A DNA stretch of 64,000 bases, from positions 736,001 through 800,000 of the forward strand of contig OZ241857.1 of the NCBI GenBank assembly GCA_965203315.1, read 5' to 3'. Of the stretch, positions 44,062 to 54,999 are shown one piece after another. The stretch's first letter is position 1. Every line of letters begins with the position of its first letter. This stretch comes from Nitrosopumilus sp. (GTDB lineage Archaea > Thermoproteota > Nitrososphaeria > Nitrososphaerales > Nitrosopumilaceae). The notes under the pieces were generated by a model that was given only the letters and a program-made list of their open reading frames with translations, was not told the origin of the DNA and searched no databases. Made by a program: the position numbers and the translations under genes.

Positions 44062-45342
44062 TACCAAAGTGCAAAAGTATTTTCCAAAACTGTGTCCCAA
44101 AACGTATTGGTCTAAATTTTGTTTCCAAGCCACTCTGTTTGTCTATTACTTAACTAAGAAATTGATAAAGAGTTAGTTAATTTAAACGAAAGATGAGATT
44201 GTAATTATTAAAGTTCATGCAATTGTCTTGTATATCCATATTATGATCGATTTGCGACTGTTTACTAGTCATCAACCTTTCTTTTCAAGTATTTTACTAG
44301 GTCAATATCGAATTTTTGACTAAAAAATTCATTGAGTTTTGACACTAATTCTCTACGATCTGGATAAAACTTGCCATTTACGTGTTCCTTTTTCCCCATG
44401 TACCATATTGTCTCTATTGCATTGAGTTCTGGACGTCCAGCAGGAAGAATTTCTAGGTCTATTCCTTTCTTTTCACAAAACTCTTTGACATTATTTGCAG
44501 TATGTGCTTTAGCTCCATCTGCTATTATCATAAATTTACCGCATTTGTCGTAAAGCATGTTCAAACATATCCTAAACATATCTGCTGTAAAATTATCCTC
44601 ATATTGTATTGTAAATAGATTGCCGTCTGAATCAAGAGCTCCAAAGTATCTGACACTTTCATATTGGTTTACGTATGGAACACGTGCATCTTTCCATTTA
44701 AACTCCCATACCATATAGTTACAATTGTCGTCATAATTGGCTTGGACTTCGTCACAAACAAATACTGGTATGCCTTTTCTTTTTGCTTTTTGTATTTTTA
44801 AAAGTACTCTATCTTGAAATATTTGAGTGTCTTCTGCACTAGCTCGATTTATGTAATATGGCTTGGGCTTCTTTCGGGTAAGCTTCAATTCACGTAATAC
44901 TCTTCTAATGCTCCACACAGAATACTCGATTTTTGTTAGATCATAGATAATTCGTTTTATGATGATTGGGTGTTTTTGGGGCATGTGCAAAACTATTGCT
45001 AAAATTTGCAACTTGGAAATCTTTCTTGGTCTACCTGTTTTTGGACGATCTCTCAAGCCATTGATGCCTCTTTCCTTGTATCGATTTAACCAGTTCCTTA
45101 TCGTTTTTGGTACACAACCAAATATTTCTGCTACTTCGTCTATAGGTATTTTTTTAACTTTGACTAGTATTACCGCCAACGCTCTTTTTGAGAAACTGGT
45201 ATCATCTTTTTCTTTTTGAAACGCTTCCATTAATCCTTGAAAGTGTGTGCCCATTACAAATACAGAAAAACATCTGATCGATAAAGGTTTCGGTTAGAGT
45301 AATTTATTGTCAAATCGTGGAAAATACTTTTGCACTTTGGTA
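44062..45342 (-). mobile_element. IS630-family element 1
   Basis: 25-bp TIR taccaaagtgcaaaagtattttcca; TA duplication. Confidence 0.93.
44265..45254 (-). CDS. IS630-family transposase
   Basis: HTH W..RY...G..GL.D..GRP; CDE, DGAKAH, PELNAIE. Confidence 0.92.
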   Translation of the reverse strand: MGTHFQGLMEAFQKEKDDTSFSKRALAVILVKVKKIPIDEVAEIFGCVPKTIRNWLNRYKERGINGLRDRPKTGRPRKISKLQILAIVLHMPQKHPIIIKRIIYDLTKIEYSVWSIRRVLRELKLTRKKPKPYYINRASAEDTQIFQDRVLLKIQKAKRKGIPVFVCDEVQANYDDNCNYMVWEFKWKDARVPYVNQYESVRYFGALDSDGNLFTIQYEDNFTADMFRICLNMLYDKCGKFMIIADGAKAHTANNVKEFCEKKGIDLEILPAGRPELNAIETIWYMGKKEHVNGKFYPDRRELVSKLNEFFSQKFDIDLVKYLKRKVDD

Positions 45343-45837
45343 TATGCTCATTATGGGTTTGGTAACAGGTTTCAAAAATGTGTCACCACGCATGCTCAAA
45401 TCAAGCCTGACGCTTGTTTCTAGCTGAGCTGTTTGTGGGTACATTATGCGAAATGTTATTCCAGATCTCTTTCTCTCGATGTTCTTTATTTGTGTAAACT
45501 TGAAATTCATATTATTCATATTATTTTGCATAAAATTAATAAACTCGTCCGATATGTCACTCGAACATGTAAAATCAAGATCTTCAGAAAATCTAAAGTT
45601 ATCAAAATGTATTTTTTTCAATGATGTGCCACCTTTAAACACCACTTTGTCTAATTTTGGAAACTGTGAGATTACAAATAACAGACTAGTAAGTGCATAA
45701 TCTTTTTCAATTGTCTGGTATGGTAATGAATACTTTTGTGATAATTTCTTAACTTGCTCTTTTATTAATAATCCATCCATTCCGTTAAATCCTCTTTACG
45801 TAAATTTAATACAAGTCTATACTCCTTTGATGTACTA

Positions 45838-47370
45838 TAGTCACGAACATAATTATTTTCCGGTTCGTTGTTAAGCAATCGTGTTGCCTTTTGTTAATCG
45901 TGTAGCTCAAATCACAACGATTATCATAAAATACGAAAAAAGTCAGATAAATTTTGATTTGTTGTAAAGATATTCACGCCAATACACAAAACAATCAAAA
46001 TTTTATGGTCGTCTGCATGATTTATTCTTGCACGACACAATGATTTTTGTAATTTCAAGCTATATTTTTGGCGTAATTATCTTTCTCTTAAGACAACCCA
46101 TGACATTTGCGTTGCATTTCATGATTTTCATAGTTTCATCTGCATGTTTCTCTAGAGATCGTAGTGTTTTAAAGACTTTGTTGACTGGAGTATATTGTCT
46201 AAACTGTTTCCAGAGTGCTTCTGATGCATTGAGTTCAGGAACAGCAGCTGGTAATTGCACTAACTTTATGTTATTTTCTTTTGCAAATCGTCTACTTATT
46301 TGACTAGTGTGACATGATGCACCGTCAAGGATGAGTATTATTGGTTCTATCATGGGACGCATCTTTCGTATGATCTTCATAAATGCTATAAAGTCTTTAG
46401 AATTTGCTGAATGACGTATTGTATGACATATTTTTCCGTTAGTGCTGATTCCTCCAAATATTGTTATTCTCTCAGCTTTTCCTGCTACTGCTAGCATGCG
46501 TATCTTTTCACCTATCCTTGACCAACTTTTTACACGACGTTTTGTGTGGGTGTTGATGTGCATCTCATCTACTGCCATCACTAGAAATCCCATGTTGTTT
46601 AGACGTGAAATCCAAGATATGTTGGCTCTTTGGAATTTTTTTATCATTTCATCACTGGCTCGATTAGTGAAATGTACTTGGACATAGCTCTTTGCAGAGC
46701 GTCTTAGCTCTCTCATTCTGCGTCGTATTGTGCTGGGATGATATCGTACTTTTGTTATATTGAAAACCAACTCTAAAATTCTTTGTACTGTTGTGGTGCT
46801 GTCGAGTCCCAGTATGTACTCAAACATTCGGTTAGATACTTTTGGTTTCCTTCCTCGACCTGACTTGTCTTTGAGTCCCTCAATTCCTTCTTTCTGATAC
46901 CGTGTAATCCAATTAAATACGGTGCGAGGTGTAATTCCTGCCATCTCTGCAGCTTTTACTTGTGTGTAACTAAAATTTAGTACCATTAGTACAACAATAA
47001 TTCTTTTTTGTACGTTATGGTTTGGCATGTTTTTGATGTAGTTAACCATATCCTCACATACTTGATTCATTACATATCATAAAAGATAGTAACAAATAAA
47101 CATGTATAGTCAACTAAACATGATCAATTAGTTAATTATTATTGTTCAATACCAACATTAACAAAAATTTAAATTTTTTGTGCGCCATTGGACATTTTAA
47201 ATTTTGGTCACTAATCATCTTTGTTTATTTCCAACCATGAACTAATAATCAGTGATTTTTTGTTGTTATTGCCTCGTATGTTTTATGATCAATGTGATTT
47301 CAACGAGGATGTTGAAAGAAATCACATCATTTGGCAAAAACGAACCGGAAAATAATTATGTTCGTGACTA
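45838..47370 (-). mobile_element. IS630-family element 2
   Basis: TIR tagtcacgaacataattattttccggttcgtt; TA duplication. Confidence 0.93.
46060..47070 (-). CDS. IS630-family transposase
   Basis: WITRYQKEGIEGLKDKSGRGRK; VDE, DGASCH, PELNASE. Confidence 0.92.
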   Translation of the reverse strand: MNQVCEDMVNYIKNMPNHNVQKRIIVVLMVLNFSYTQVKAAEMAGITPRTVFNWITRYQKEGIEGLKDKSGRGRKPKVSNRMFEYILGLDSTTTVQRILELVFNITKVRYHPSTIRRRMRELRRSAKSYVQVHFTNRASDEMIKKFQRANISWISRLNNMGFLVMAVDEMHINTHTKRRVKSWSRIGEKIRMLAVAGKAERITIFGGISTNGKICHTIRHSANSKDFIAFMKIIRKMRPMIEPIILILDGASCHTSQISRRFAKENNIKLVQLPAAVPELNASEALWKQFRQYTPVNKVFKTLRSLEKHADETMKIMKCNANVMGCLKRKIITPKI

Positions 47371-48212
47371 TATATTTTATCTTTTCACTAGATGGATCTA
47401 AATAGTCATACCCTAACGACAACGTTTGTTTAATTTTATTTGATATATGCTCTTCAATGTCGAGCACAGATAACAGATATCCCAATCTCTTTAGTACTAC
47501 TACCACCCCTACTCTTTTTGCCATATCGAGCATCATGTCCCAATCGATATCTCTTCGACCGTACCACATACATTTAGCTATCTCTATTATTCCACCACAC
47601 TGATGAGGTTGCATCATGCTGTCAATGAGTGTCTTTTCTCTAGTTGCAAGATTGAATGGTATTCCAGACACAGATTCTGCTTCAACATAACCAAAAAACT
47701 TTTTTTGAGAAAATGTGGTAAACTCGAACAAGTTGTAAGCAAATTCAAGATCTCTTTTTCTCTTTGTAGTCACAATATGAATTGTTCTAGGCAATTGTTC
47801 TGTCATCTCCCACAAATTCATTGCTGTCCAAAAACTCACATAACCGGGATTAACGAGGAGTGATACAGCAGATAATCCATCTTCCATCCACGCCTTACTT
47901 GGGCCTGCAATCTCGGGTACAAACATGTACTTGCCACGCATTATACGTACTAGACGTCCATTTTTTACTAGTCTGATTAGCACCTGAGCAACAGATTTGT
48001 TGCCAGTACCTAAAATTGCTTTTGCGTGTTCAAAGTCAAACATGGTGACTCTGTTCTCTGCTAGTGTCAATAGCAATCTATCTTGTAAACTTGTATTCAT
48101 GTAAACTTGACCTCCTTTCAGTAAGTTATTGCTACACAAAATATAAAAACACTTTGCGCCTACATTGATCTGGTTACGCCAGTACAGGTTAGACAGATAG
48201 AGGTTGTTTGAT

Positions 48213-48389
48213 GGTTCTTTCAACTTGACAGGAGTTAGCATTTTCTGCACAAAATTCCCAAAAAATTTTGCAAAATATGGAAACTGTCTCATATCTGCTA
48301 TCGTAAATTGCTGCTGTTTTGAGTCAAATATTATGCGTTCTTTGAGATAACGTCATACCGATCTCAATCACCATCGATTGAACAGAACC
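48213..48389 (-). mobile_element. MITE family A copy
   Basis: ggttctttcaacttga...cgattgaacagaacc. Confidence 0.88.
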
Positions 48390-48393
48390 AAGT

Positions 48394-48657
48394 TTATAAT
48401 CGCCTAATCTTTTTTGCAATTATCTTTTTGTGGGGACGATTTATGATTTTATAGACTACAGCATATTTGGTTTGTGGAACTTTTGTAGTTAAAATCATTT
48501 TTTCTATGCTGAGTCCTTTCTTTTCAAGATGTTCCAAACTTAATGCAGTGGATTTAATATTTTGCATAATCCTTTTTACAACTAGAGTGTCTTCAACATC
48601 ACCTATCTGATGTGATTGTTCTTTAAAAAGGGCAGATGTAGAAATTTTGAACTTCAT
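48394..48657 (-). CDS. Small basic protein, possibly RelE/ParE-like
   Basis: MKFKISTSALFKEQ...KYAVVYKII; 87 aa; ATGA overlap with upstream ORF. Confidence 0.45.
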   Translation of the reverse strand: MKFKISTSALFKEQSHQIGDVEDTLVVKRIMQNIKSTALSLEHLEKKGLSIEKMILTTKVPQTKYAVVYKIINRPHKKIIAKKIRRL

Positions 48658-48788
48658 AAGTATTCTTTCAACAATTCTCTTACAGCTACATCTGCATTTG
48701 GATATGTGCATGCAATGGTGTCTTCGCCATCTTGATATCTATCTACTTTATAGATCTTGACTACTGTTGATTTCTTGTTTTGGCTCAT
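48654..48788 (-). CDS. 44-aa microprotein (possible antitoxin)
   Basis: MSQNKKSTVVKIYKVDRYQDGEDTIACTYPNADVAVRELLKEYL; GGAGGT upstream. Confidence 0.45.
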   Translation of the reverse strand: MSQNKKSTVVKIYKVDRYQDGEDTIACTYPNADVAVRELLKEYL

Positions 48789-48877
48789 ATACCTCCCACA
48801 TAAACTAGTGCATTAATGTACATATAAACCTTAGTTGTGAATATGAAAAGTGTGGAATATGAAAAGTAGTATACCCC

Positions 48878-49795
48878 TCATTTGACATCATGTTCATCTC
48901 CAGATTCCTCATCAATAATCGTTTCTTTTGGATGTTGTTTCCTGACAAATGCATCTGCTGGTCTTTCACGGCCATCTTTTAGAGACATGTGTGGTCGGTC
49001 ATAGTTGTACCATTTCATGAATAGATCAACTGGATCACTAGTTCTTTGCATGATTGCTGCAAAGCGTGGTAACTTGCGCTGTACTTCACCAAACACTCGT
49101 TCTAGCTTGCCATTGGTCTGTGGATGCCTAACTCGAGCAAGAATGTGTTTGATTTCTAGTTCTACCAGTCTCATCTCAAATTTTGGTATTCCTTTTTCTT
49201 GACCTTGACTTGTTTGCATAGAACTGTGTCCCATTGTCGTTACTACAATCTGTAAGTATTGCAGTTGGTTTTCCATGATTTTTGATTACTGCATCTAATA
49301 CTGCAAATGCGTTCTCTGTTGTTGCATGATCAAACACGCCGTATCTAACTGCAACCCCAGAAGCATCATCTAGTAGTTTATAGTCAGCATGCCATAGTGA
49401 ATTCATGCTCACATCGTACCCATGTGCGTTGTTGGTTCTTTGGTTCTCGCCTAGATAGCCCTTCATCTCGCAATATGTGGTATATGGCAGGATAGGAAAT
49501 ATCCATTACAGTGGAATCTTTTATCTCGTCTTTTATGCGGGTTGTTACAAGATGCCATCTTGTCGCGCAGCTAGTACAGTAGAGTGTACTAGTCTACCTG
49601 GAAGACTCTTCTTGGGTCTGTCCATATGTCTCGGATATATCATCTGGTTTGATTTTATGTTCTTGTATGTGTCCATATCTTTTGAATCTAGCGAACCGAC
49701 ATATCCACCCGCTCTGCAATTATTGCATTCTTGGTTCCTTTCTTCTTTTCTAGTACGATGTATCGTACTTTGGTTTCATCTAGTTTTATTGATTC
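48878..49795 (-). pseudogene. Degraded IS481-like (rve integrase) transposase
   Basis: Fragments IKLDETKVRYIV, SLWHADYK, DNGTQF, HPQTNGKLER, YNYDRPHMSL spread over several frames. Confidence 0.85.
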
Positions 49796-49797
49796 TA

Positions 49798-50010
49798 TAC
49801 CAAAGTGCAAAAGCATTTTCCAAGTAGATCGTAGAATAGCATGTGTGCAATTATGAATACATCTTTACGAAAATCAAAAGTATGTCATTTGAACGATTTT
49901 GCCTATAGAAATAACATATACGCTGTCGTCATTACAAGATGAGTACCTCCCTAAAAAGTACATATACGTTCTTTTGTTGTCGCCTTGGAAAATACTTTTG
50001 CACTTTGGCA
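49798..50010. mobile_element. MITE with the TIRs of IS630 element 1
   Basis: taccaaagtgcaaaagcattttcca...tggaaaatacttttgcactttggca, TA flanks, no ORF. Confidence 0.88.
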
Positions 50011-50384
50011 TATTTGCAACATATCGATATAACGCCGATCTGAGCGAACCCAAACACCTTCATTTCCATTGCAACTCAGATTGCCTGCTTGGACTACCCA
50101 TCGGGCTAGGGTGAACAACTTTTTGTACTACACACGTTACATCAAAGTGATTTAGTCGCACATCCCTAATCGCCTTCCATTTATACTGAGTTTTAATATG
50201 TATGCAGATCTATAAATTCACAACATATTGTAAATTTACCTCTAGGATATCAAATATTTCGTCAATAACTTTAATCAATATTCAACTAAACAAAAGATAT
50301 GCATAATGATGAGAGTGTGTTTTGGTTTATGTTAAGATGATCGTGCTAAGTATCAAAAAAGAACCGAATTATGAATAGGGTCGA

Positions 50385-50738
50385 CTAGAGAAGTTTTAGA
50401 TGACCGGTAACTCGGTTCACTAGATCTTCAGGTACAGGACCGATTCCAATACAGGTTATCGTGTTTGGTTCTATCTGAGTATGTCCAGCATCTCTAACCT
50501 GAACACATGGTAGACGTCTTTCAATTGCATCCAATCGTATCGCCTCCAATACCTCCAACGAGTCAACCTTTAACACAACTTTTGCTTGTAGTGGCCACCA
50601 TGCATCATACCACTTTTTGTTCATTTCTTTAACTCGCTCTGCAGCAAGTATTGCAGCATGACTTGCTTGTGCAGCAATCTTACCTTTACCCATCTTTAGA
50701 TCTGTTCGGACAACAATAACTTGTTTGATCATGTACAC
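50385..50738 (-). CDS. pth2: Peptidyl-tRNA hydrolase Pth2
   Basis: VRTDLKMGKGKIAAQASHA, DAGHTQI, GIGP, VTGHLKLL. Confidence 0.95.
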   Translation of the reverse strand: MYMIKQVIVVRTDLKMGKGKIAAQASHAAILAAERVKEMNKKWYDAWWPLQAKVVLKVDSLEVLEAIRLDAIERRLPCVQVRDAGHTQIEPNTITCIGIGPVPEDLVNRVTGHLKLL

Positions 50739-51142
50739 AGACAGTATCGTAGCATCTCAAAAACCTTCTCATGTCTAACATCAGTCATCCCAAATGTGCT
50801 GCCTCGTAGACTCATTTCGTGGGTGGTGGCCAACAAGCCATTAGCTCTCGAAAACGCAGTTGTAAAAATGTCTTAAAGTATACTTTGGTGACTTTCTTGC
50901 CCATCTCTGAGAATCCTTTTGTTTCAGATGGCATGTGTCGTGCTAGGATCCATGCGTTGTAAAATAACATACTAAACAAAAACAACATAAATCTTACAGA
51001 TTCACTTTTACTCTGCATCTTTAATCTCATCTGTTCTAGATCACGATAACCAGATTCTATGATCCATCGACTTGCATATATCGATACGTCGATACTGGGA
51101 TCATTTGTTGCATATGCCATCATCTTTCCTTTTCTGTTCTTG

Positions 51143-52679
51143 GGAGTTCATGCGAAAGTCATTTTCAGGCACATATGATGTGTGATGGGTCAAATCTGAC
51201 TAAATTCTCCGAGTTATTGCGGGTTTCGTGTATGTGAGGGGGAGTAAAAAATTAACCAAAAATAGAATACGCAACAAGACAATTTTTTAAGACACTCTAT
51301 GGTAAATACCAATTTGAATAAACAAGAGTATGGCTAATCCGAACAAGGAACTAGTGCTTGAACAACGACTCAAAGCAGCCGAAGAACGTGCAGATATAGC
51401 AGAAGAACAGCTCAAAGCAGCAAAAAAAGAACTCGAGCTCCCTCCATGTAAGAATATCCTTAGCAATGAAAAGACTCTATGGGAGCATACAAAGCTGGAT
51501 TTCGACATGTTTAACTTTTTGCTCGGTCTGTTTATAGAATGGATACCGGCAGCAGATGTTCACAGACAGTTTCGTAATGTTCTCATAGTACGTGGAAGAA
51601 TATCCAAACTAACTCCCGAGTATGCCATGCTCTTGGCAATTCTGAGGCTGGTGAGTGGTCACAGTCAGTGCCATCTTGCCAGTAGATTTGGCATAGATCA
51701 GAGCAATGTATCCCGGTACTGTACATACATGAATCAGTTTTTTCAAAGTTTGGGTTTTTCACCAGACGAGTTGGCAAATGCGATAAGTAAATGCAAGACA
51801 AAGAAAGAGCTTGCAAAATGGGTAAAGGATCACACATTCTTGTTCGATGGAACACACACTCGTGTTCCAACACCCGTAGATAGAGAGATACGCAATGACT
51901 ACAAATCAGGCAAAAAAAAGATGCATACGGTAAATACGCTATTGATGTGTACAAAAGAGAGACTGATAGTACATGTGTCTTCTACGTTTCCTGGTAAGAC
52001 ACACGATTTCAGCATATTCAAAGAACTCAAACTGAATCTTGGCAAGTGGTCCATGTCGTTAACAGATCCAAACACTCCACTTCGCCAAAGACTGTACATT
52101 CTAGTAGATCTAGGATTCTTAGGAATTCGAGATATCTTTGTAGGTGCAAAGATAGGCATAAAATACAAGAAACCCAAAGGTGGGCAACTCACAAAAGAAC
52201 AAGAGATATACAACAAAAAGATAGACAGTGAACGCGCCACAGTAGAACACGTAGTTGGATGTGTAAAGCAGTTTAAACTCTTGTTCAACATGTTCCGAGG
52301 AGATGACGACCAATACAACGCTGCCTTCAAGATGGCATCTACATTGGTCAACTATCACATTCTTTGGGATCATGAACACGGCAGACCTAGTCCTAGATTA
52401 GAAGAGCTTGTTGCAGCATGGAGAGTAAAGATAAACCGTAAAAAACAGGCTAAACTAAAAAAGATGAAATTATCTCACCGCATAGTTGCGTAAATAATAC
52501 ACAACAACATTGTGATTTATAGAATGATATTGTAAGATATCAAGGTATAATTCATTGTTTTGACTCTACATGTATAATCATACAATTGCACAGATCACAA
52601 ACCTGAGATCACTTTATAATTTGGAATGTCTTTGTTGCTAGGCGTCCAGAGTCTTCAAAATGACTTTCGCATGAACTCC
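51143..52679 (+). mobile_element. IS5-family (DDE_Tnp_4/ISL2-like) element nested in the ISH3-like element
   Basis: TIR ggagttcatgcgaaagtcatttt; ttg duplication; removal restores MIITKNRKGKMMAYATND. Confidence 0.9.
51330..52493 (+). CDS. IS5-family transposase
   Basis: FGIDQSNVSR HTH, FDGT, SGKKKMHT, GKTHD, DLGFLG, YN....R..VEH. Confidence 0.92.
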   Translation: MANPNKELVLEQRLKAAEERADIAEEQLKAAKKELELPPCKNILSNEKTLWEHTKLDFDMFNFLLGLFIEWIPAADVHRQFRNVLIVRGRISKLTPEYAMLLAILRLVSGHSQCHLASRFGIDQSNVSRYCTYMNQFFQSLGFSPDELANAISKCKTKKELAKWVKDHTFLFDGTHTRVPTPVDREIRNDYKSGKKKMHTVNTLLMCTKERLIVHVSSTFPGKTHDFSIFKELKLNLGKWSMSLTDPNTPLRQRLYILVDLGFLGIRDIFVGAKIGIKYKKPKGGQLTKEQEIYNKKIDSERATVEHVVGCVKQFKLLFNMFRGDDDQYNAAFKMASTLVNYHILWDHEHGRPSPRLEELVAAWRVKINRKKQAKLKKMKLSHRIVA

Positions 52680-52937
52680 TTGGTTATTATCATGGTAAAT
52701 GGTACGGTCAATCCTTTTCCGTTGGTGATTTTCGCTTGTGATATTCTACCACGTAGTCCTTGCTGATACTCTCGTATGCAGTTTTTAACATATGCGGTGT
52801 TTTTACATGGGGTAAGAAACTTGTACGTGGTATTTTGAAATTTAGCAAATATCTCTGCAGCATAAAATTCACGATCAAACAAGAATACACCGATCTTGAA
52901 CTTGTATGACGCACAGATATCGATGATTTTACCTATA

Positions 52938-53066
52938 TAGTCACGAACGGAATTATTTTCTTGTCTACTCCCACATATGTGGTGTAAGACAGAATTTACC
53001 TCTGACAGAACAAATAACACTAAATTGTGATACTGCAGACTAGGAAAATTATTATGTTCACGACTA
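52938..53066. mobile_element. MITE with TIRs related to IS630 element 2
   Basis: tagtcacgaacggaattattttc...gaaaattattatgttcacgacta, TA flanks; removal restores NIVSIGKIID. Confidence 0.85.
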
Positions 53067-53844
53067 TAGAAACTATGTTATTATCAGCTGCAGACATGAG
53101 AATACCTGCCAGATTTAGTTTTGCTATTGGATGAGCAACTTGGGCAGTCATGTAGGTCTCTACCTTGTCTGTTCCCTTTTCTGGTTTGCAGCGTTTCAGT
53201 TTTTTATTTTGTTTGTCGTATCGCATGATTTTATGTTTGTCTATTGCAATGTTGACTACATCTGGCCAAATATCTGCATCCTGTAAAGATTTGATCTGTT
53301 GTTTGACAATAGTTTTGAATTGTCTTTGGAAATTAAGTTTAGACATTTTTGCAAATAATACTCTAAACCATTCACTCGTTGGTGATAGTTCGAATATCTG
53401 TCTTACAGATATTGCACAGCTTGTAATCGTTGCACCATTTATCATGGTCACTATCATCACGTAAAAGACATTGTACTCGTCGTACAATCTGTTGTATCGA
53501 TTTGATACCGATATTTCGAGAGAGAACAGCCACATGATGATGGCATTGTATGTTGTTCTTTTTGAGCGCACATCACGTTGCATCCGGGTTTTTTGAACCA
53601 TAAAGAGTATCCAAAAACTTGCCCGATCTAAATGTTTCGATCGACTCCCATCTCAGCCCAATCTGAGCACATTTGGGATCACTGAACAACACATTGTTAG
53701 AATGATTAATCGTCAATCTTGATCATTTACTATAGAATGTAATTATACAAATTTTACAAATTAAATTCACAAGATTTTTTCAACTATGTGTAACGAATAT
53801 GTTTACGCACTGAATTAAATAATTGTATACAAACTAGAATCATA

Positions 53845-54987
53845 TTGTCGTATGAAGTAGTTATAGCTGGTGGGAGCATATCAGGTTTGTTGTGTGCCCG
53901 TGAAGTTGCCAGATCTGGTCATTCCGTGATGGTTCTTGAAGAAGATTATGAGATAGGTACGCCTGAGCATTGTGGCGGACTAGTCAGTGTAAATGGTTTG
54001 GCAGATCTTGGCGTTGTGTTATCCTCTAGAACATTTGGATCGATCATCCAACATGCAAAGATCACGGGTCCTGATGGCAGAGGGTTTACTATATCTACAT
54101 CAAAACAAAAGATCGTAGAGGTTAGCAGACGTGAACTCGACAAACATGTAGCACTTCAAGCTCAAAGATTTGGGGCCACAATTACAACTCGTTCGAGTTT
54201 TCATGGCATGACCAAATCCGGTATTCGCACAGACAAGAGAGAGATAGAATGTGATATCTTTGTTGATGCGCGCGGTATCTCATCCTTGATACAGAGAGAC
54301 AGATCTGGAGTGATGCCGTCAGCGCAGTATGAGATTTATGCAGATTGGATAACACAGGGTTTGGTACATGTAATATTGGATCAGTCTAGATTTCCAGGAT
54401 TCTTTGCATGGATAATTCCTTCGGGAGAAGGTAGGGGAAAGGTAGGTGTTGCGGGGTATGGAATAAACCCAGCAAATGCCATGGACTCGTTTCTTCAAGG
54501 ACGCAACTTTTCAGTTATTCGAAAGATCTTTGCGCCAATATGGGTTAAAGGGCCAATCAAAAAATTCGTCAGAGGTAATACAGTAATAGTCGGTGACGCA
54601 GCTGGTCAGGCCAAACCTACAACATCTGGAGGAATCTACTCCAGCGGAATGGGAGGAGTTTACGCAGGTCTTGCTATTGCTAAATATCTAGATAGTAAAG
54701 ATATCAAAGATCTTGATCAATATCAGATTAGATGGAATAGAAAATTTGGCAATGAATTTGAACGACAATTACTCGCAAGAAAGATTCTAGAAAAGATAGA
54801 CAATAAGACAATCTCTAAATTTATCAACTCGGTCACACCAGAGATCGTCAGTACGATAACTAGTGATGATTTTGATTTTCATACTAGTGCGATACTCAAA
54901 ATGTTAGGAGTGGGTCGATCCTTAACACTTGCACGATCTCTACTCGGATCCGAGATCAAACGACGGTTCTTTTATCCATGTGAATAG
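53845..54987 (+). CDS. Geranylgeranyl reductase-family FAD oxidoreductase (C-terminus altered by insertion)
   Basis: GGSISG, CGG, RRELD, FAWIIP, VGDAAGQAKPTTSGGI. Confidence 0.88.
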   Translation: MSYEVVIAGGSISGLLCAREVARSGHSVMVLEEDYEIGTPEHCGGLVSVNGLADLGVVLSSRTFGSIIQHAKITGPDGRGFTISTSKQKIVEVSRRELDKHVALQAQRFGATITTRSSFHGMTKSGIRTDKREIECDIFVDARGISSLIQRDRSGVMPSAQYEIYADWITQGLVHVILDQSRFPGFFAWIIPSGEGRGKVGVAGYGINPANAMDSFLQGRNFSVIRKIFAPIWVKGPIKKFVRGNTVIVGDAAGQAKPTTSGGIYSSGMGGVYAGLAIAKYLDSKDIKDLDQYQIRWNRKFGNEFERQLLARKILEKIDNKTISKFINSVTPEIVSTITSDDFDFHTSAILKMLGVGRSLTLARSLLGSEIKRRFFYPCE

Positions 54988-54999
54988 CTTATAAAGATT

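Larger units (their letters stand above)
43724..45780 (-). pseudogene. AbiEii nucleotidyltransferase toxin, split by IS630
   Basis: EKDY, FKGGTSL, RFSEDLDF in the 5' part; AEKVRAL..RHLYD in the 3' part. Removing 44062-45342 plus one TA restores the frame (PIMSIYENFP). Confidence 0.9.
45765..48100 (-). pseudogene. AbiEi antitoxin, split near the C-terminus by IS630
   Basis: RLV..G.L.RI.RGKY, YVSFWTAM..W.MTEQLP, EKTLID, KRLGYLL. Removing 45838-47370 plus one TA restores EKIKYSTSKEYRLVLN...WMDY*, overlapping the abiEii ATG. Confidence 0.88.
50782..53684 (-). mobile_element. ISH3/IS4-like element whose transposase (53601 to 50812) is interrupted twice
   Basis: TIR cagt(c/g)atcccaaatgtgct; motifs IAID, FDREFY, Y..RW.IESGY. 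Confidence 0.85.

Noticed and set aside
48101-48292. N-terminal extension MRQFPYFAK... of the AbiEi ORF
   Set aside because: Read-through from MITE A sequence; the likely start is 48100.
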